In this document: positions 63,904 through 64,000 of the stretch, piece by piece
Position numbering within the stretch: the first letter of the stretch is position 1
Layout: every line of letters begins with the position of its first letter
NCBI GenBank assembly: GCA_951406725.2
Contig: OX597822.1
Span: 82,398,001 to 82,462,000, forward strand
Origin: Octopus vulgaris
Lineage: Eukaryota
Reading direction: 5' to 3'
DNA: 64,000 bases
Notes under the pieces: model-generated
The model's database searches: none
What the model saw: only the letters and a program-made list of their open reading frames with translations
Told to the model about the DNA's origin: nothing
Translations under genes and position numbers: made by a program

Positions 63904-64000
63904 TGTATGTATATATACATGTATACACTCACATACACACACACACACACATACCGACTCCCCATGTGGATAGGAAAGCATTCTTCTTCCTGTCAAGGGC

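Overview
AT-rich, microsatellite-saturated eukaryotic DNA. The repeat families (tRNA-headed SINEs with CORE- and Meta-like domains, RTE tails ending in (ATG)n) strongly suggest an octopus/coleoid genome (inference). Almost every ORF in the supplied track is a microsatellite artefact. The protein-coding signal I recognise is all decayed transposon: RTE LINE fragments, a full-length dead mariner (50411-51669), an internally deleted Tc1-type element, a palindromic mariner derivative and a Penelope-like RT/GIY-YIG remnant (53101-53985). One 54-nt exon-like segment (38094-38147) and a CpG-retaining, repeat-poor block (about 26.6-30 kb) suggest the window is mostly intronic or promoter DNA of an unidentified host gene. 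The most interesting signal is a dispersed set of AT-rich, mostly fold-back elements, usually in or near (TA)n or (TG)n tracts. They carry type I hammerhead-ribozyme cores (CUGANGA...GAAA...NUH) with tiny, often self-complementary stem III and a very variable stem II. This matches Penelope-like pseudo-LTR biology, and a Penelope remnant lies in the same window. All calls were made by eye, and boundaries are approximate unless a TSD or TIR is quoted.
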